Notes under the pieces: generated by a model | Database searches by the model: none | What the model was told of the DNA's origin: nothing | Seen by the model: only the letters and a program-made list of their open reading frames with translations | Position numbers and translations under genes: made by a program | From: Verrucomicrobiota bacterium | GTDB taxonomy: Bacteria > Verrucomicrobiota > Verrucomicrobiia > Opitutales > Cerasicoccaceae | DNA: 64,000 bases | Reading direction: 5' to 3' | Assembly: GCA_039818205.1 (NCBI GenBank) | Contig: JBCBUK010000003.1 | Span: 224,001-288,000 of the forward strand | Shown: positions 10,791 to 20,530 of the stretch, in pieces | How positions within the stretch are numbered: the stretch's first letter is position 1 | Layout of the letters: each line of letters opens with the position of its first letter

Positions 10791-11450
10791 ATGTCTTTAA
10801 ACCTCACTAGCGCCGAGATCCGGGTACTGGGATGCCTCATTGAGAAAGAGCGCACCACTCCGGAACAATATCCACTTAGTTTAAATAGTCTTCGATTGGC
10901 TTGCAACCAGAAGACCAGCCGGCATCCCGTGGTGGATTACGATGAGGATGAGGTAACGATGGCCCTGGAGGGGCTTCGTGACCAGGGGCTTGTTTACTTT
11001 GTCAGGCAAAGTGGAGCGCGTGTTACCAAGTTTCGTCATGATCTGGCCGACAAGTTCTCACTCGATGCGCGGGAAACAAGTGTGTTGGCCGTTCTGTTTT
11101 TGCGCGGACCGCAAACCGTGGGAGAGCTCCGTACGAGGACGGAGCGTCTCTACGGATTCCCGAGTTTGGAGGCGATTGAGGAAACGCTGCGGGCGTTAGC
11201 TGAGACGGCCGATTGGCCCATGGTGCGCGAGCAGCCTCGGCGTATGGGCCAAAAGGAAACTCGTTTCGAGCACCTTTGGGGCGATGTCGTGGAGCAACCA
11301 GCAGAGGAGGCCGAGGAAGCAGTGATTTCGAGCCCGCGTCCTAGTCGTGATGCGGAAGTTAGCGAGTTGAAGGAGGAGGTTGCGGCGTTGCGGGAACAAG
11401 TCCAGGCTCTCGAGGCGCGTTTTAGCGCGTTTGAGTCGCAGTTCCAGTAG
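10791..11450 (+). CDS. YceH/DUF480 family protein
   Basis: EIRVLGCLIEKERTTPEQYPLSLNSLRLACNQKTSRHPV, LRGPQTVGELRTR and a C-terminal coiled coil. Confidence 0.92.
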   Translation: MSLNLTSAEIRVLGCLIEKERTTPEQYPLSLNSLRLACNQKTSRHPVVDYDEDEVTMALEGLRDQGLVYFVRQSGARVTKFRHDLADKFSLDARETSVLAVLFLRGPQTVGELRTRTERLYGFPSLEAIEETLRALAETADWPMVREQPRRMGQKETRFEHLWGDVVEQPAEEAEEAVISSPRPSRDAEVSELKEEVAALREQVQALEARFSAFESQFQ

Positions 11451-12552
11451 TCCCATCTGTTGACCGATTGTAGCTAAACCATCGGTCTTTCAGTGATAGA
11501 ATTGGTTTCTCAAACCAACGAAACGACAGGCTCGCCAGAAGAACGGTGAGCACAGTGAAGAGGGGGAGTTTGATGATCCAGGAATGATACTCCAGGACTG
11601 CCAGTTTTCCAAAAGATTCGAAGGGGATTTTTGTCCAAACCGGGTCAAAAATATAGGTGGTGAATGTATGCCCTAAGGGCCAGTGAAATAGGTAGATTCC
11701 GTAGGATATTGAACCGATGTAGACAATCAAACGATGGGTTAGGAAGCGTTGTATTAACGGTAGGTGAAATTCAAACTGAGTTGCTTTAATCACCAAGTAG
11801 AGTGAGCATATCCCGAAGACTGGAAAGGGGAGCGGAAGGTGTTTCATGAATGCGAGGTAACCGACCAAGGTCATGATGACCACGAGTTCGATATACCACT
11901 TATTGAAGAGAAACTTTGGAACCTGCCAGTTGGTGACAATGATGGCACCAAGTGCTCCGATGCCCAGAGAGCCCATGCGGTTGGGCAGGCCTGTATACGC
12001 AAATGGTTTTAGCGCGGCGATGAAATGGGTTGTCTGCTGAAGGTATCCTAAAACCACGACGGCAGCGGTGATACCCAGCAATGCTTTGGGTTTGCTGCGA
12101 AGGCCAATTGCCACAAAGGGCCAGATCAGATAGAACTGCTCTTCTACTGAAAGTGACCATAGGTAGAACAAGGGCTGCTCAATACCTGTCTGCTTTACGA
12201 GCGCTGTATGGTAGTTGAAGGTATAGGTCGCCAGCCAAGGAAATGCCTCTCGGGCTGTGGGGAAATTGATGACGGCCAACAAAATGATGACCAGATAATA
12301 AAGGGGGAAAATCCGAAGCATTCTCCGTCCCATAAAAATGCGATAGCTTTCGCCAAAACTATGGTCTCGGTCCTTGATCAAAATCCCGGTGATCAGAAAG
12401 CCGCTGACAACAAAAAACAGGTCGACGCCGTAGTATCCAGTGCTAAAAAATTTAACCAGATAGCCTCCGAAATGTTGGAATATAACAAACGCGATTGCGA
12501 CCGTGCGTAGGCCATCTAGGCACGGACTGTAGCGTAGAATGCCGCCTTTCAT
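11422..12552 (-). CDS. acyltransferase 3 (OafA/YrhL) family membrane O-acyltransferase
   Basis: LDGLRTVA, GVDLFFVVSGFLIT, RRMLRIFPLYY, WSLSVEEQFY and GSISYGIYLFH. Confidence 0.93.
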   Translation of the reverse strand: MKGGILRYSPCLDGLRTVAIAFVIFQHFGGYLVKFFSTGYYGVDLFFVVSGFLITGILIKDRDHSFGESYRIFMGRRMLRIFPLYYLVIILLAVINFPTAREAFPWLATYTFNYHTALVKQTGIEQPLFYLWSLSVEEQFYLIWPFVAIGLRSKPKALLGITAAVVVLGYLQQTTHFIAALKPFAYTGLPNRMGSLGIGALGAIIVTNWQVPKFLFNKWYIELVVIMTLVGYLAFMKHLPLPFPVFGICSLYLVIKATQFEFHLPLIQRFLTHRLIVYIGSISYGIYLFHWPLGHTFTTYIFDPVWTKIPFESFGKLAVLEYHSWIIKLPLFTVLTVLLASLSFRWFEKPILSLKDRWFSYNRSTDGTTGTATQTR

Positions 12553-12729
12553 TTATTGATGTCTTTTCAGTAGTGTTATCGTAGCAGTGATTTTATCGAC
12601 GCTGTGTTTATGCTGGGACCGATCTTGTTTGGAAAGGATTTAATCTCGGAAGACTGTCAGATTGCGATAATTCGAGGTGAGATTAGCCCAGGTTGAGTGA
12701 ACCCATACCGTGACTTCTACTTGGCTGGT

Positions 12730-12777
12730 TGACTAAATATGGGGGTGACTTGGGTTGTTTGGCACTAAATATAGAGA
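12730..12777 (+). promoter_or_regulatory. tandem NrdR boxes
   Basis: tgaCTAaATATgGggg (12730-12745) and gcaCTAaATATAGaga (12762-12777) resemble the NrdR consensus acaCwAtATaTwGtg. They are 32 nt apart and directly upstream of nrdD. Confidence 0.75.
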
Positions 12778-12794
12778 ATGAACCAAGCAAGCCA

Positions 12795-15095
12795 ATGAAT
12801 ATGAAACTCGAATCAACCTCCCTCCAATCTGATCGGGACGCTGAATCGCCAGCAAGCTCGACTCACTTTTGCGAACCCTCATTGTTTTCCGTATCCGATG
12901 CTGAACAACAATCGCTCGAGGCATTTCTTAGCGTGAATGCGTGTCGATTTCGGACAATCCGTAAACGCGACGGACGAACCGTCGCGTTTGATCCGTGGCG
13001 AGTGGTTGCAGCGATGGAGCGATCCGGGAAAGCCGTCGATGAATTCGGACGCTCCGAAGCGGTTCGCTTTGCAATCCAAGTGATCAAACGAGCCGAAGAA
13101 CGTTTGGCAACCACGCGGCCAAGCGTCGAAGACATTCAAGATATTGCCGAGGATGTTCTGCTGGCATCGCCATACCGCAAAGCTGCTAAGGGATTCATTA
13201 TCTATCGTGATCAGCATGCAAGGCGGCGAGAGATGCAGCAACAAGCGAAGACGGATATCGTCCAGCAGTATCTCAAGAAGCTGGATTGGCAGGTGCGGGA
13301 AAACAGCAACATGGCCTATTCTTTGCAGGGGCTGAACAACTACATTTCGTCCGGGGTAAGCCAGAGCTTCTGGATGCAGGAGGTCTATACGCCGCAAATT
13401 GAAGCAGCTCATGAATCGGGGGAATTCCATATCCACGACACCAACCAACTCAGCGTTTATTGCGTCGGGTGGGACCTCTACCAATTGCTAAGTGTTGGTT
13501 TCCGAGGCGTTCCCGGTAAGGTGGAATCGGGCCCCGCCAAGCACTTGCGCAGTGCGCTTGGGCAGGTCGTTAATTTTTTCTACACGCTGCAAGGTGAAGC
13601 TGCCGGCGCTCAGGCTTTTAGTAGCTTCGATACCTTGTTGGCGCCGTTCATCCGCTACGATGGGCTGGGTTATCGAGAGGTGAAGCAGATCATTCAAGAG
13701 TTCATCTTCAACGTTAACGTGCCCACTCGGGTTGGTTTTCAAAGTCCCTTCACGAACATCACCTTGGACCTCACGTGTCCCGGACACTACCGAGACCAGC
13801 CTGTGTTGCGCGGGGGCGAATATATGCCGGAAAAATATGGTGAGTTTCAGGCTGAAATGTACCTCTTTAACCGTGCCTTTTTTGAAATTATGACCGAAGG
13901 CGATGCTGGCGGGCGCCTTTTTTCTTTCCCAATTCCAACCATCAACCTGACCGCCGACTTCGACTGGGAAAACCCCAACCTGGAAGGCTTATGGGAAATG
14001 ACCGGCAAATATGGGATCCCTTATTTTTCGAACTTTATCAACTCCGATATGAGCCCGGATGATGCCCGATCGATGTGCTGCCGGTTGCGTATCGACAACA
14101 CTCAGCTTGAGCGACGGGGTGGGGGACTTTTTGGAGCGCATCCGCTCACGGGGAGCATTGGGGTTGTAACGCTCAATCTGCCTCGCATTGCTTTTCAAGC
14201 AAAGTCGCGTGCGGGCTTTTTTAAATTGCTGAAACAGCGGATGGACCTCGCGCAGGATAGCCTGGAGATCAAGCGCAAGCTTTTGGAACAGCTCACCGCG
14301 TCGGGCTTGTACCCATACACTCAATACTACTTGAGCGATATGCGTGAGCGTCACGGTGTGTATTGGAAGAATCACTTTTCCACGATTGGCCTGGTGGGAA
14401 TGAACGAGGCCTGCGTGAACTTGTTTGGGCGGGATATTGCCTCACCCAGCGGTCAGGCCTTTGCCTCTGAGGTCCTGACGTTTATGCGCGAGCGTTTAGT
14501 CAGCTATCAGAATCAAACGGGGAATCACTATAACCTGGAGGCATCGCCTGCGGAAGGAACTTCGATGCGCCTGGCCCTCAAGGATCAGGAGCGTTTTCCT
14601 GGCATCGTTTGCGCGAATCCGGCTGAGGTTTTGCAGGGTGGTGCGCCCTATTACACGAACAGCACCCATCTGCCGGTGAATCATACCGATGATCCCTTCG
14701 AGGTCCTCGATCATCAGGAGGAGACGCAGTGCCTCTATACGGGTGGAACGGTGATTCATTTGTTCTTGGGTGAGCGAGTGTCAGACCCCGTTGCGGTGCG
14801 TGAGTTTGTGCGAATCGTCGCGACCAGTTATCGTCTGCCGTATTTTTCGCTAACACCAACCTTTAGCGTTTGCCCCTCGCACGGATACCTAGCCGGAGAG
14901 CACCCAAAATGTCCACATTGTGGTTCCGAGACCGAGGTCTACTCCCGAATTGTTGGATACCTGCGTCCCGTTTCTCAATGGAACGACGGGAAGCAGGCGG
15001 AGTTTAGAAGACGGGCTTCATTGCGCTTCAATGTTACGAAAGGGTTACGAAAAGTGTTTACCTCGCCGCAACAATCGCTATTATTGAACTTATGA
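12795..15095 (+). CDS. nrdD: anaerobic (class III) ribonucleoside-triphosphate reductase with ATP cone
   Basis: ATP cone (IRKRDGRTVAFD), HIHD, RSMCCRL, Zn site CPSHGY/CPHCG and glycyl-radical motif YSRIVGYLRP. Start is ATG 12795 or 12801. Confidence 0.95.
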   Translation: MNMKLESTSLQSDRDAESPASSTHFCEPSLFSVSDAEQQSLEAFLSVNACRFRTIRKRDGRTVAFDPWRVVAAMERSGKAVDEFGRSEAVRFAIQVIKRAEERLATTRPSVEDIQDIAEDVLLASPYRKAAKGFIIYRDQHARRREMQQQAKTDIVQQYLKKLDWQVRENSNMAYSLQGLNNYISSGVSQSFWMQEVYTPQIEAAHESGEFHIHDTNQLSVYCVGWDLYQLLSVGFRGVPGKVESGPAKHLRSALGQVVNFFYTLQGEAAGAQAFSSFDTLLAPFIRYDGLGYREVKQIIQEFIFNVNVPTRVGFQSPFTNITLDLTCPGHYRDQPVLRGGEYMPEKYGEFQAEMYLFNRAFFEIMTEGDAGGRLFSFPIPTINLTADFDWENPNLEGLWEMTGKYGIPYFSNFINSDMSPDDARSMCCRLRIDNTQLERRGGGLFGAHPLTGSIGVVTLNLPRIAFQAKSRAGFFKLLKQRMDLAQDSLEIKRKLLEQLTASGLYPYTQYYLSDMRERHGVYWKNHFSTIGLVGMNEACVNLFGRDIASPSGQAFASEVLTFMRERLVSYQNQTGNHYNLEASPAEGTSMRLALKDQERFPGIVCANPAEVLQGGAPYYTNSTHLPVNHTDDPFEVLDHQEETQCLYTGGTVIHLFLGERVSDPVAVREFVRIVATSYRLPYFSLTPTFSVCPSHGYLAGEHPKCPHCGSETEVYSRIVGYLRPVSQWNDGKQAEFRRRASLRFNVTKGLRKVFTSPQQSLLLNL

Positions 15096-15778
15096 AGTTC
15101 GGTGGGCTAGTATCAAATTCTCTAATTGATTTTCCTGGCCGCCCAGCGATGATTGCGTTCACGCAGGGGTGTAACTGGTTATGCCCATTTTGCCACAATC
15201 CACGGCTCATTTCCAAACGCTCTCTCAGCACGATTGAGGGAGAGTCGATCATCAAACTGGTTGCAAAACGCCCCGAGGGTGCCCGAAACTTAGTTATCAC
15301 TGGCGGAGAACCGACAATCCAACCGGAGCTGTTGGACTTTCTCGATTCTTGCCGTAATACGGAGATACGGGTCAAATTGGACACCAACGGTAGTCAATCC
15401 GAGATCTTGCAAACGGTCATTGAGGAGAACCTGGTGGACTACGTGGCCATGGACGTCAAGGGACCGATTGATCGCTACGAAGAACTTGTTGGTTGCGAAT
15501 GTGACTGTGACGCCATCCGACGCTCAATTCAGCTTTTGAAACGGGTCGCGATCGACTACGAGTTTCGGACCACGGTTGTTCCGGCGCTACATCGAGAAGC
15601 CGATTTCAGAAAGCTCGGTGAGCTCCTCAAAGGCGGGAAGCGATTGGTGTTGCAAGCCTTTCGGCCCCATAGGGTTTTGGAGCCCGAGCTTCGGGATTCT
15701 GCGCCACCGACCGATCTTGATCTAGCCCACTATGGCAAGATACTGAATGCCTATTTGCGAACCGAGATTCGCAAATAG
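15092..15778 (+). CDS. nrdG: anaerobic RNR activating radical-SAM protein
   Basis: GCNWLCPFCHNP (CxxxCxxC), ITGGEPT and KLDTNGS. ATGA overlap with nrdD. Confidence 0.93.
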   Translation: MKFGGLVSNSLIDFPGRPAMIAFTQGCNWLCPFCHNPRLISKRSLSTIEGESIIKLVAKRPEGARNLVITGGEPTIQPELLDFLDSCRNTEIRVKLDTNGSQSEILQTVIEENLVDYVAMDVKGPIDRYEELVGCECDCDAIRRSIQLLKRVAIDYEFRTTVVPALHREADFRKLGELLKGGKRLVLQAFRPHRVLEPELRDSAPPTDLDLAHYGKILNAYLRTEIRK

Positions 15779-15779
15779 A

Positions 15780-15813
15780 ACGAGGCCCGGGCGTGTTAGC
15801 CGACGGGCCTCGT
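15780..15813. terminator. hairpin between convergent nrdG and the small basic protein gene
   Basis: ACGAGGCCCG...CGGGCCTCGT inverted repeat immediately after the nrdG stop. No clear U-tract. Confidence 0.55.
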
Positions 15814-15839
15814 AGAGGGGGGAGAATGAAAATTGCTCC

Positions 15840-15998
15840 TTATTCCGGTGGCAAAGTCTTGCGCAAACCGGTAACGCGGTCACCTTCTTTCCACTGACCA
15901 CGGGATTTGAGGACGTCGACGCGTTCAAAGCGCTTCAATACACTGCGCTTCTTCAGAGCGGCAGCGGCGCCTTTCTTAAAACTTGGATGCTGTGACAT
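15840..15998 (-). CDS. PVC-superphylum small basic signature protein (52 aa)
   Basis: Manual translation gives MSQHPSFKKGAAAALKKRSVLKRFERVDVLKSRGQWKEGDRVTGLRKTLPPE, recognisable as the Planctomycetes/Verrucomicrobia/Chlamydiae small basic protein. It is below the ORF-track size cut-off. Confidence 0.88.
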   Translation of the reverse strand: MSQHPSFKKGAAAALKKRSVLKRFERVDVLKSRGQWKEGDRVTGLRKTLPPE

Positions 15999-16184
15999 GG
16001 TTCTACGAATTCATATGGTGAAAAACGGGCCATAATCGGGTTTGTCGACCGCTTGGCAAGGAAAAAAGATGGGCGATAGTGAAACCCAGAGATCTTAAGA
16101 ATGCCTTGAATCTTGGTTTTTCATTATGAGAAGGTGCCGAACATTTAGCTGGCGTTTCCCGCATATTGAAAACTGGCTGAGGAT

Positions 16185-16847
16185 CTACGCCTCGTTGGAA
16201 GGCTTTTCTACGCGTGCGGTCTCTTTGCGACGACGATTGTAAATTAGTGCGCCAATCGCTGTGATTCCGAGGCCCGACATCACTACCGAGGACGCCTCTG
16301 GTATCGCTGCGACGCCAATATTGTATTGGATCGAGCCATTCCAGACCCGTGGGTTGCGAGTGATTGAGAACGGGTATAATTTCCCGACTCCAAGGTCCAA
16401 TTGTAAATCAGAATTGGTGTAAGTTTGATTGGAGCCATTGCCATTTGTGTAGGAAAGGTTCCACGCTGCGGCGTTGTTTACGGTAATGTATATTCCAGTG
16501 ACGGCACCTGCCGGTAAGACAAAATCAGTGACATCAACCACTTGCGGTCCGGTGGCCTCGAGCAGTGATGTCGTGGAGACTAGTGTCCAGGCGGCTGGAT
16601 TCGTTTCGAAGCCAAGGTAGGAACCGGGTTTGGTATATACTTCCAAATCCGACGCACCCATGGCATCTGCAACATTTACCGTCAAGGAGGTAACGGTCAA
16701 CGGATTAGCGAAGACGGTGGCGTCAAACATGTTGCCACTTAGTTGATTACCGCCACTGAAAGTGGTTGTAATGATTGCGGCGTTAGCGGTTAACGAAAGA
16801 GTCGCGAATGAGAGTGTCAGAATCGTGGTTTTCAAAGCAGCTCGCAT
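16185..16847 (-). CDS. PEP-CTERM-type surface protein
   Basis: Signal peptide (ILTLSFATLSLTANA), a Thr/Asn-rich beta-type body and the C-terminal sorting signal IPEASS-hydrophobic-RRRK. Start is ATG 16847 or 16865. Confidence 0.8.
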   Translation of the reverse strand: MRAALKTTILTLSFATLSLTANAAIITTTFSGGNQLSGNMFDATVFANPLTVTSLTVNVADAMGASDLEVYTKPGSYLGFETNPAAWTLVSTTSLLEATGPQVVDVTDFVLPAGAVTGIYITVNNAAAWNLSYTNGNGSNQTYTNSDLQLDLGVGKLYPFSITRNPRVWNGSIQYNIGVAAIPEASSVVMSGLGITAIGALIYNRRRKETARVEKPSNEA

Positions 16848-17212
16848 TGGGCTCTTTCTTCTCATTACAGTCAAGGTTGATTTGTGGTAAAATAATAAAC
16901 TTTGTGAGGTTAGGTTCGAGGAGTCCATCTGTATGGGTTTTTTTATTTAAGGTGCGCTACGACTTAGTTCATCTGTGGTGCATTTTATCGGACCTTGACA
17001 TAGGGGGCGTTCTTCCTATTGCTATTCCTTTAATGTTTACCACGAAACATGTCAACCGTTGGACCGTCGTTGTGCTTATTAAGCGCAGGGGGGCTCTTGC
17101 TGCGGGTTGACAAAACCTTCGACCAGGAGCGCCTTTTTACGGATGACTCCTGGTGACACGAAATAAAGTAGCTGGTTGATCATTCGAAAAAGTAGGGCCC
17201 TCCCTCGTTTCA

Positions 17213-18112
17213 ATGATCGCACGAATAATACAAATACCAGCTATTTATCTTAGCGCCGGATCACGGGGTGTGTTGCTGATGCTCATCTCCGTGGCCCTCT
17301 TTTCCGCGAATTGCCTGATTGTAAAATACCTTGGGGAGCGCGGGGATGTCTCATTTTGGGCGGTCAATTTCTACCGCGGTCTCGCGGGGACGGCATTGGC
17401 GGTGTTTTTTGCGGGTGCCAACGCCCGGCAGATTTCCCGCGTATTCACCCGGCCAATGCTAATTTTTCGCGGAATCTTGGGTGGTGTGGCATTGGCCATG
17501 TTCTATGTCACGGTTTTCAACATGGACCTGGGGACCGCGAGCGTCATCAACCTAACTTACGTCTTGTGGGGATCTTTATTCGCCGCGTTCCTACTGAAAG
17601 AGCGTTTGGGCCCGGTGCAGATGCTAGGGCTCGCCATCGCCTTCGCTGGCATTCCAATGTTGTGCGGATTCTCGATCGAGGGGGTCGGTATTTATCACCT
17701 GATTGCATTGGGCGGTGCCATAGGTGCGGGAATTATTGTGGTAATGATCCGTTTTTTGACGCGAACGGAGAGCACCACCACGATCTATGCTGCTCAGGCG
17801 ATTTATGGCATGTTGGTGGCGATTCCATTCATCACTTTTGTCGATCTGGTTCCCGGTTGGATGCCGCTCGCTTTAATGCTGTTTGCGGGTTGTTTGGTTG
17901 CTGGCGGGCAAATGGTCATGACCATGTCGTATCAAACCTTGCCGGTTGCGCAGGGGGCATCAATCCAGCTCCTGTTGCCGGTGCTCAATACCTTGGGGGC
18001 GGTGGCGTTTTTTGCGGAGGCCTACACGCTGGTACAGATTGCCGGTGGTAGCTTAATCTTGCTCGGTAGCGCCGCCGTGATTCGAGCGAAGGCCAAACCG
18101 AAGTCGGCCTAG
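17213..18112 (+). CDS. DMT/EamA family transporter
   Basis: About 10 TM segments and FLLKERLG. The true start may be downstream of 17213 (see findings). Confidence 0.88.
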   Translation: MIARIIQIPAIYLSAGSRGVLLMLISVALFSANCLIVKYLGERGDVSFWAVNFYRGLAGTALAVFFAGANARQISRVFTRPMLIFRGILGGVALAMFYVTVFNMDLGTASVINLTYVLWGSLFAAFLLKERLGPVQMLGLAIAFAGIPMLCGFSIEGVGIYHLIALGGAIGAGIIVVMIRFLTRTESTTTIYAAQAIYGMLVAIPFITFVDLVPGWMPLALMLFAGCLVAGGQMVMTMSYQTLPVAQGASIQLLLPVLNTLGAVAFFAEAYTLVQIAGGSLILLGSAAVIRAKAKPKSA

Positions 18113-18169
18113 TTGCATCTATAATCCTTGCCGCCTTCGGGCGTACGCGCATAGAGAAGGGCATAATTC

Positions 18170-19273
18170 ATGAAATCCGATCCATCTATTGAAGCCCTCG
18201 CTTTGCCGCATGTCGCCGCCATGCGTGGCTATGTGCCTGGCATGCAGCCCACGGAACCAGGCTGGGTGAAATTGAATACGAACGAGAATCCGTTTCCGCC
18301 GTCTCCGTTGGTCATTCGCGCAATTGAGCGGGAATTGGTCGATGAGGCGCGCGGATTGCGTCTTTACCCAAATCCAACGAGTGCGCCGCTGCGTAAGGCG
18401 ATTGCCGAGCATCATGTGCTGGAGGAAAGTCAGGTTCTGGTGGGCAATGGTTGTGATGACGTGCTTAACCTTCTGATCCGCGTGTTTAGCTCGGCGGACA
18501 AGGCGACTGGGATGGCGGTTCCAAGTTATTCATTGTACACCACGCTTCGGAGTATTCAGGGCGCTCCGTTGACCGAGGTCTCGTTCGACTCGTCGATGGA
18601 GCTACCGATTGACGCGATTGCCAATTGTGGGGCCAATATTTTCTTCCTGACATCGCCCAATGCTCCAACTGGGATTCATTTTCCACCGGAGCAGGTCGTC
18701 GAGTTGATGGAAAAGTTCCCGGGTATCCTGGTGGTCGACGAGACCTATGCGCCCTTTGCCGCGACGGATTGCGTCAGCCTGCTTGATGAGTATCCACGGT
18801 TGGTGATCGTGCGGAGTTTTTCCAAAGCCTATTCTCTGGCCGGGATGCGCGTCGGTTACGCCTTGGGAAATCCGATGACAATCGACCTGCTCGACCGCGT
18901 GCGCGATAGCTACAATCTCGACCGCTTGGCTCAAGCTGCTGGATTGGCCGCGCTTAAGGATCAAGCCTATCACCAGGAGGTGATCACGAAATGCAACCAG
19001 CAGCGTAAGCTCGCGGAAGCAGACTACACCCGTAGGGGTTGGTTCTACTACAAGAGCGAGGCAAACTTCCATTTTGTCGAACCTGTCAATGGGGCCGGTG
19101 AAAAAGGCAAGCTGGTTGCGCAGGACCTATTTCAATACCTGACCGATAATCAAATCCTTGTCCGGGCGTTCCCGAACCACGCCTTGACTCAATCATACCT
19201 TCGCATCAGCGTGGGCAGCGCTGAGGAGATGAAACGACTCGGCGAAATCTTAGACCAATGGCAGAAGAAGTAA
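18170..19273 (+). CDS. hisC: histidinol-phosphate aminotransferase
   Basis: [24 protein letters not shown] and the PLP-lysine motif [16 protein letters not shown]. Confidence 0.96.
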   Translation: MKSDPSIEALALPHVAAMRGYVPGMQPTEPGWVKLNTNENPFPPSPLVIRAIERELVDEARGLRLYPNPTSAPLRKAIAEHHVLEESQVLVGNGCDDVLNLLIRVFSSADKATGMAVPSYSLYTTLRSIQGAPLTEVSFDSSMELPIDAIANCGANIFFLTSPNAPTGIHFPPEQVVELMEKFPGILVVDETYAPFAATDCVSLLDEYPRLVIVRSFSKAYSLAGMRVGYALGNPMTIDLLDRVRDSYNLDRLAQAAGLAALKDQAYHQEVITKCNQQRKLAEADYTRRGWFYYKSEANFHFVEPVNGAGEKGKLVAQDLFQYLTDNQILVRAFPNHALTQSYLRISVGSAEEMKRLGEILDQWQKK

Positions 19274-19875
19274 GCAACGAAACGCTGCAGCGTACCGCAG
19301 AGATCTCTCGCGATACCAAAGAAACGCAGATCACTCTATCCATCAACTTAGATGGAACGGGTGAGTCGTCGATCGATACCGGGATCCCGTTTTTCGATCA
19401 CATGCTGGACCTCTTTGCCCGGCACGGTTTGTTTGATCTTACCGTCAAGGCGACCGGCGATATCGAAGTGGATTATCACCACACGGTCGAGGACGTGGGC
19501 ATCGTGCTCGGTGAGGCCATTAAGCAGGCTGTTGGCGATAAGCGCGGCATGAAGCGCTATGGCTTTTTCATCCTTCCGATGGATGAGTGCCTTTCGCAGG
19601 TGGTCGTCGATTTGAGCAACCGGCAAATTTTCATTTATAAGGTTGAGACCTCCAATGTGATGATACGCGATTTTAACATCGCGCTCGTGAAGGAGTTCTT
19701 CCAGGCGTTCACCAACGCGGTTGGCGCCAACTTGCACATGAAACTCGAGTATGGCGAAGAGCCTCACCACATTTCGGAGTCGCTCTTTAAGTGCTTTGCC
19801 CGCGCCATGGATATGGCGACCCAGCTCGATCCCCGGCTTGGCGATCGTCTTCCCAGTACGAAAGAAGCGCTATGA
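19258..19875 (+). CDS. hisB: imidazoleglycerol-phosphate dehydratase
   Basis: [22 protein letters not shown] and HHISESLFK. Confidence 0.97.
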   Translation: MAEEVSNETLQRTAEISRDTKETQITLSINLDGTGESSIDTGIPFFDHMLDLFARHGLFDLTVKATGDIEVDYHHTVEDVGIVLGEAIKQAVGDKRGMKRYGFFILPMDECLSQVVVDLSNRQIFIYKVETSNVMIRDFNIALVKEFFQAFTNAVGANLHMKLEYGEEPHHISESLFKCFARAMDMATQLDPRLGDRLPSTKEAL

Positions 19876-20522
19876 GCGAAGTCGATTTTTCGCCCAAGCT
19901 AGCCATCATCGACCCGGGGATGGGCAATTTGCGCAGCGTTTGCCGCGCTTGGGAACACGTGGGGGCTGACGTCTATTTGGCGAGCGATCCTTCCGAAGTC
20001 GGCACGCCTGATGCGCTGATTTTTCCCGGACAGGGGGGCATGCCACACTGCATGGAAGCACTCCGCAAAACGGGCTTTGATGCAACTATTAGTGAATGGA
20101 TTAATGCCGATAAGCCCTACTTCGGTATCTGTTTGGGCATGCAAGCGCTCTTCGAATATTCGGAGGAAGGCGACTGCGAAGCGCTTGGAATTTTTCCTGG
20201 AAAGGTGACAAAATTCCAGCTCGATTCGGATTACAAAATTCCGCATATGGGCTGGAACGCGGTTAAATTCAGGGATTTCGGCGATCGTTCCGCCAAGGGA
20301 ATCGATTCGGGTGATCAGTTTTATTTCGTCCACAGCTATTTCGTATCCCCGGATGATTCCGAACTGATTTGGGGAGAAACCGATTATGGGCACGGCTTTA
20401 CGAGTGCTGTCCGGCGCGGAAATTGTTTTGCGACGCAGTTTCACCCGGAAAAAAGCCAAGCCAAAGGCTTGCAAATATATCGCAACTTCGTGCTATCTTT
20501 GGGTCCTATTCAGGAAAGCTAA
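19872..20522 (+). CDS. hisH: imidazole glycerol phosphate synthase glutaminase subunit
   Basis: [27 protein letters not shown] and QFHPEKS. ATGA overlap with the hisB stop. Confidence 0.96.
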   Translation: MSEVDFSPKLAIIDPGMGNLRSVCRAWEHVGADVYLASDPSEVGTPDALIFPGQGGMPHCMEALRKTGFDATISEWINADKPYFGICLGMQALFEYSEEGDCEALGIFPGKVTKFQLDSDYKIPHMGWNAVKFRDFGDRSAKGIDSGDQFYFVHSYFVSPDDSELIWGETDYGHGFTSAVRRGNCFATQFHPEKSQAKGLQIYRNFVLSLGPIQES

Positions 20523-20530
20523 TTACGATT

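Noticed and set aside
17122..17154. Fluoride (crcB) riboswitch, suggested by GATGACTCCT
   Set aside because: The conserved 5' GGYGAUGG...RCC stem is missing, and the sequence is explained by a simple hairpin.
17143..17166. His attenuator leader peptide upstream of the EamA-his genes
   Set aside because: The micro-ORF (MTPGDTK) has no His codons.
17311..18051. 246-aa Cys/Gly/Arg-rich alternative-frame ORF
   Set aside because: It lies entirely within the EamA gene in another frame, and its composition is typical of an off-frame reading of a membrane protein gene.
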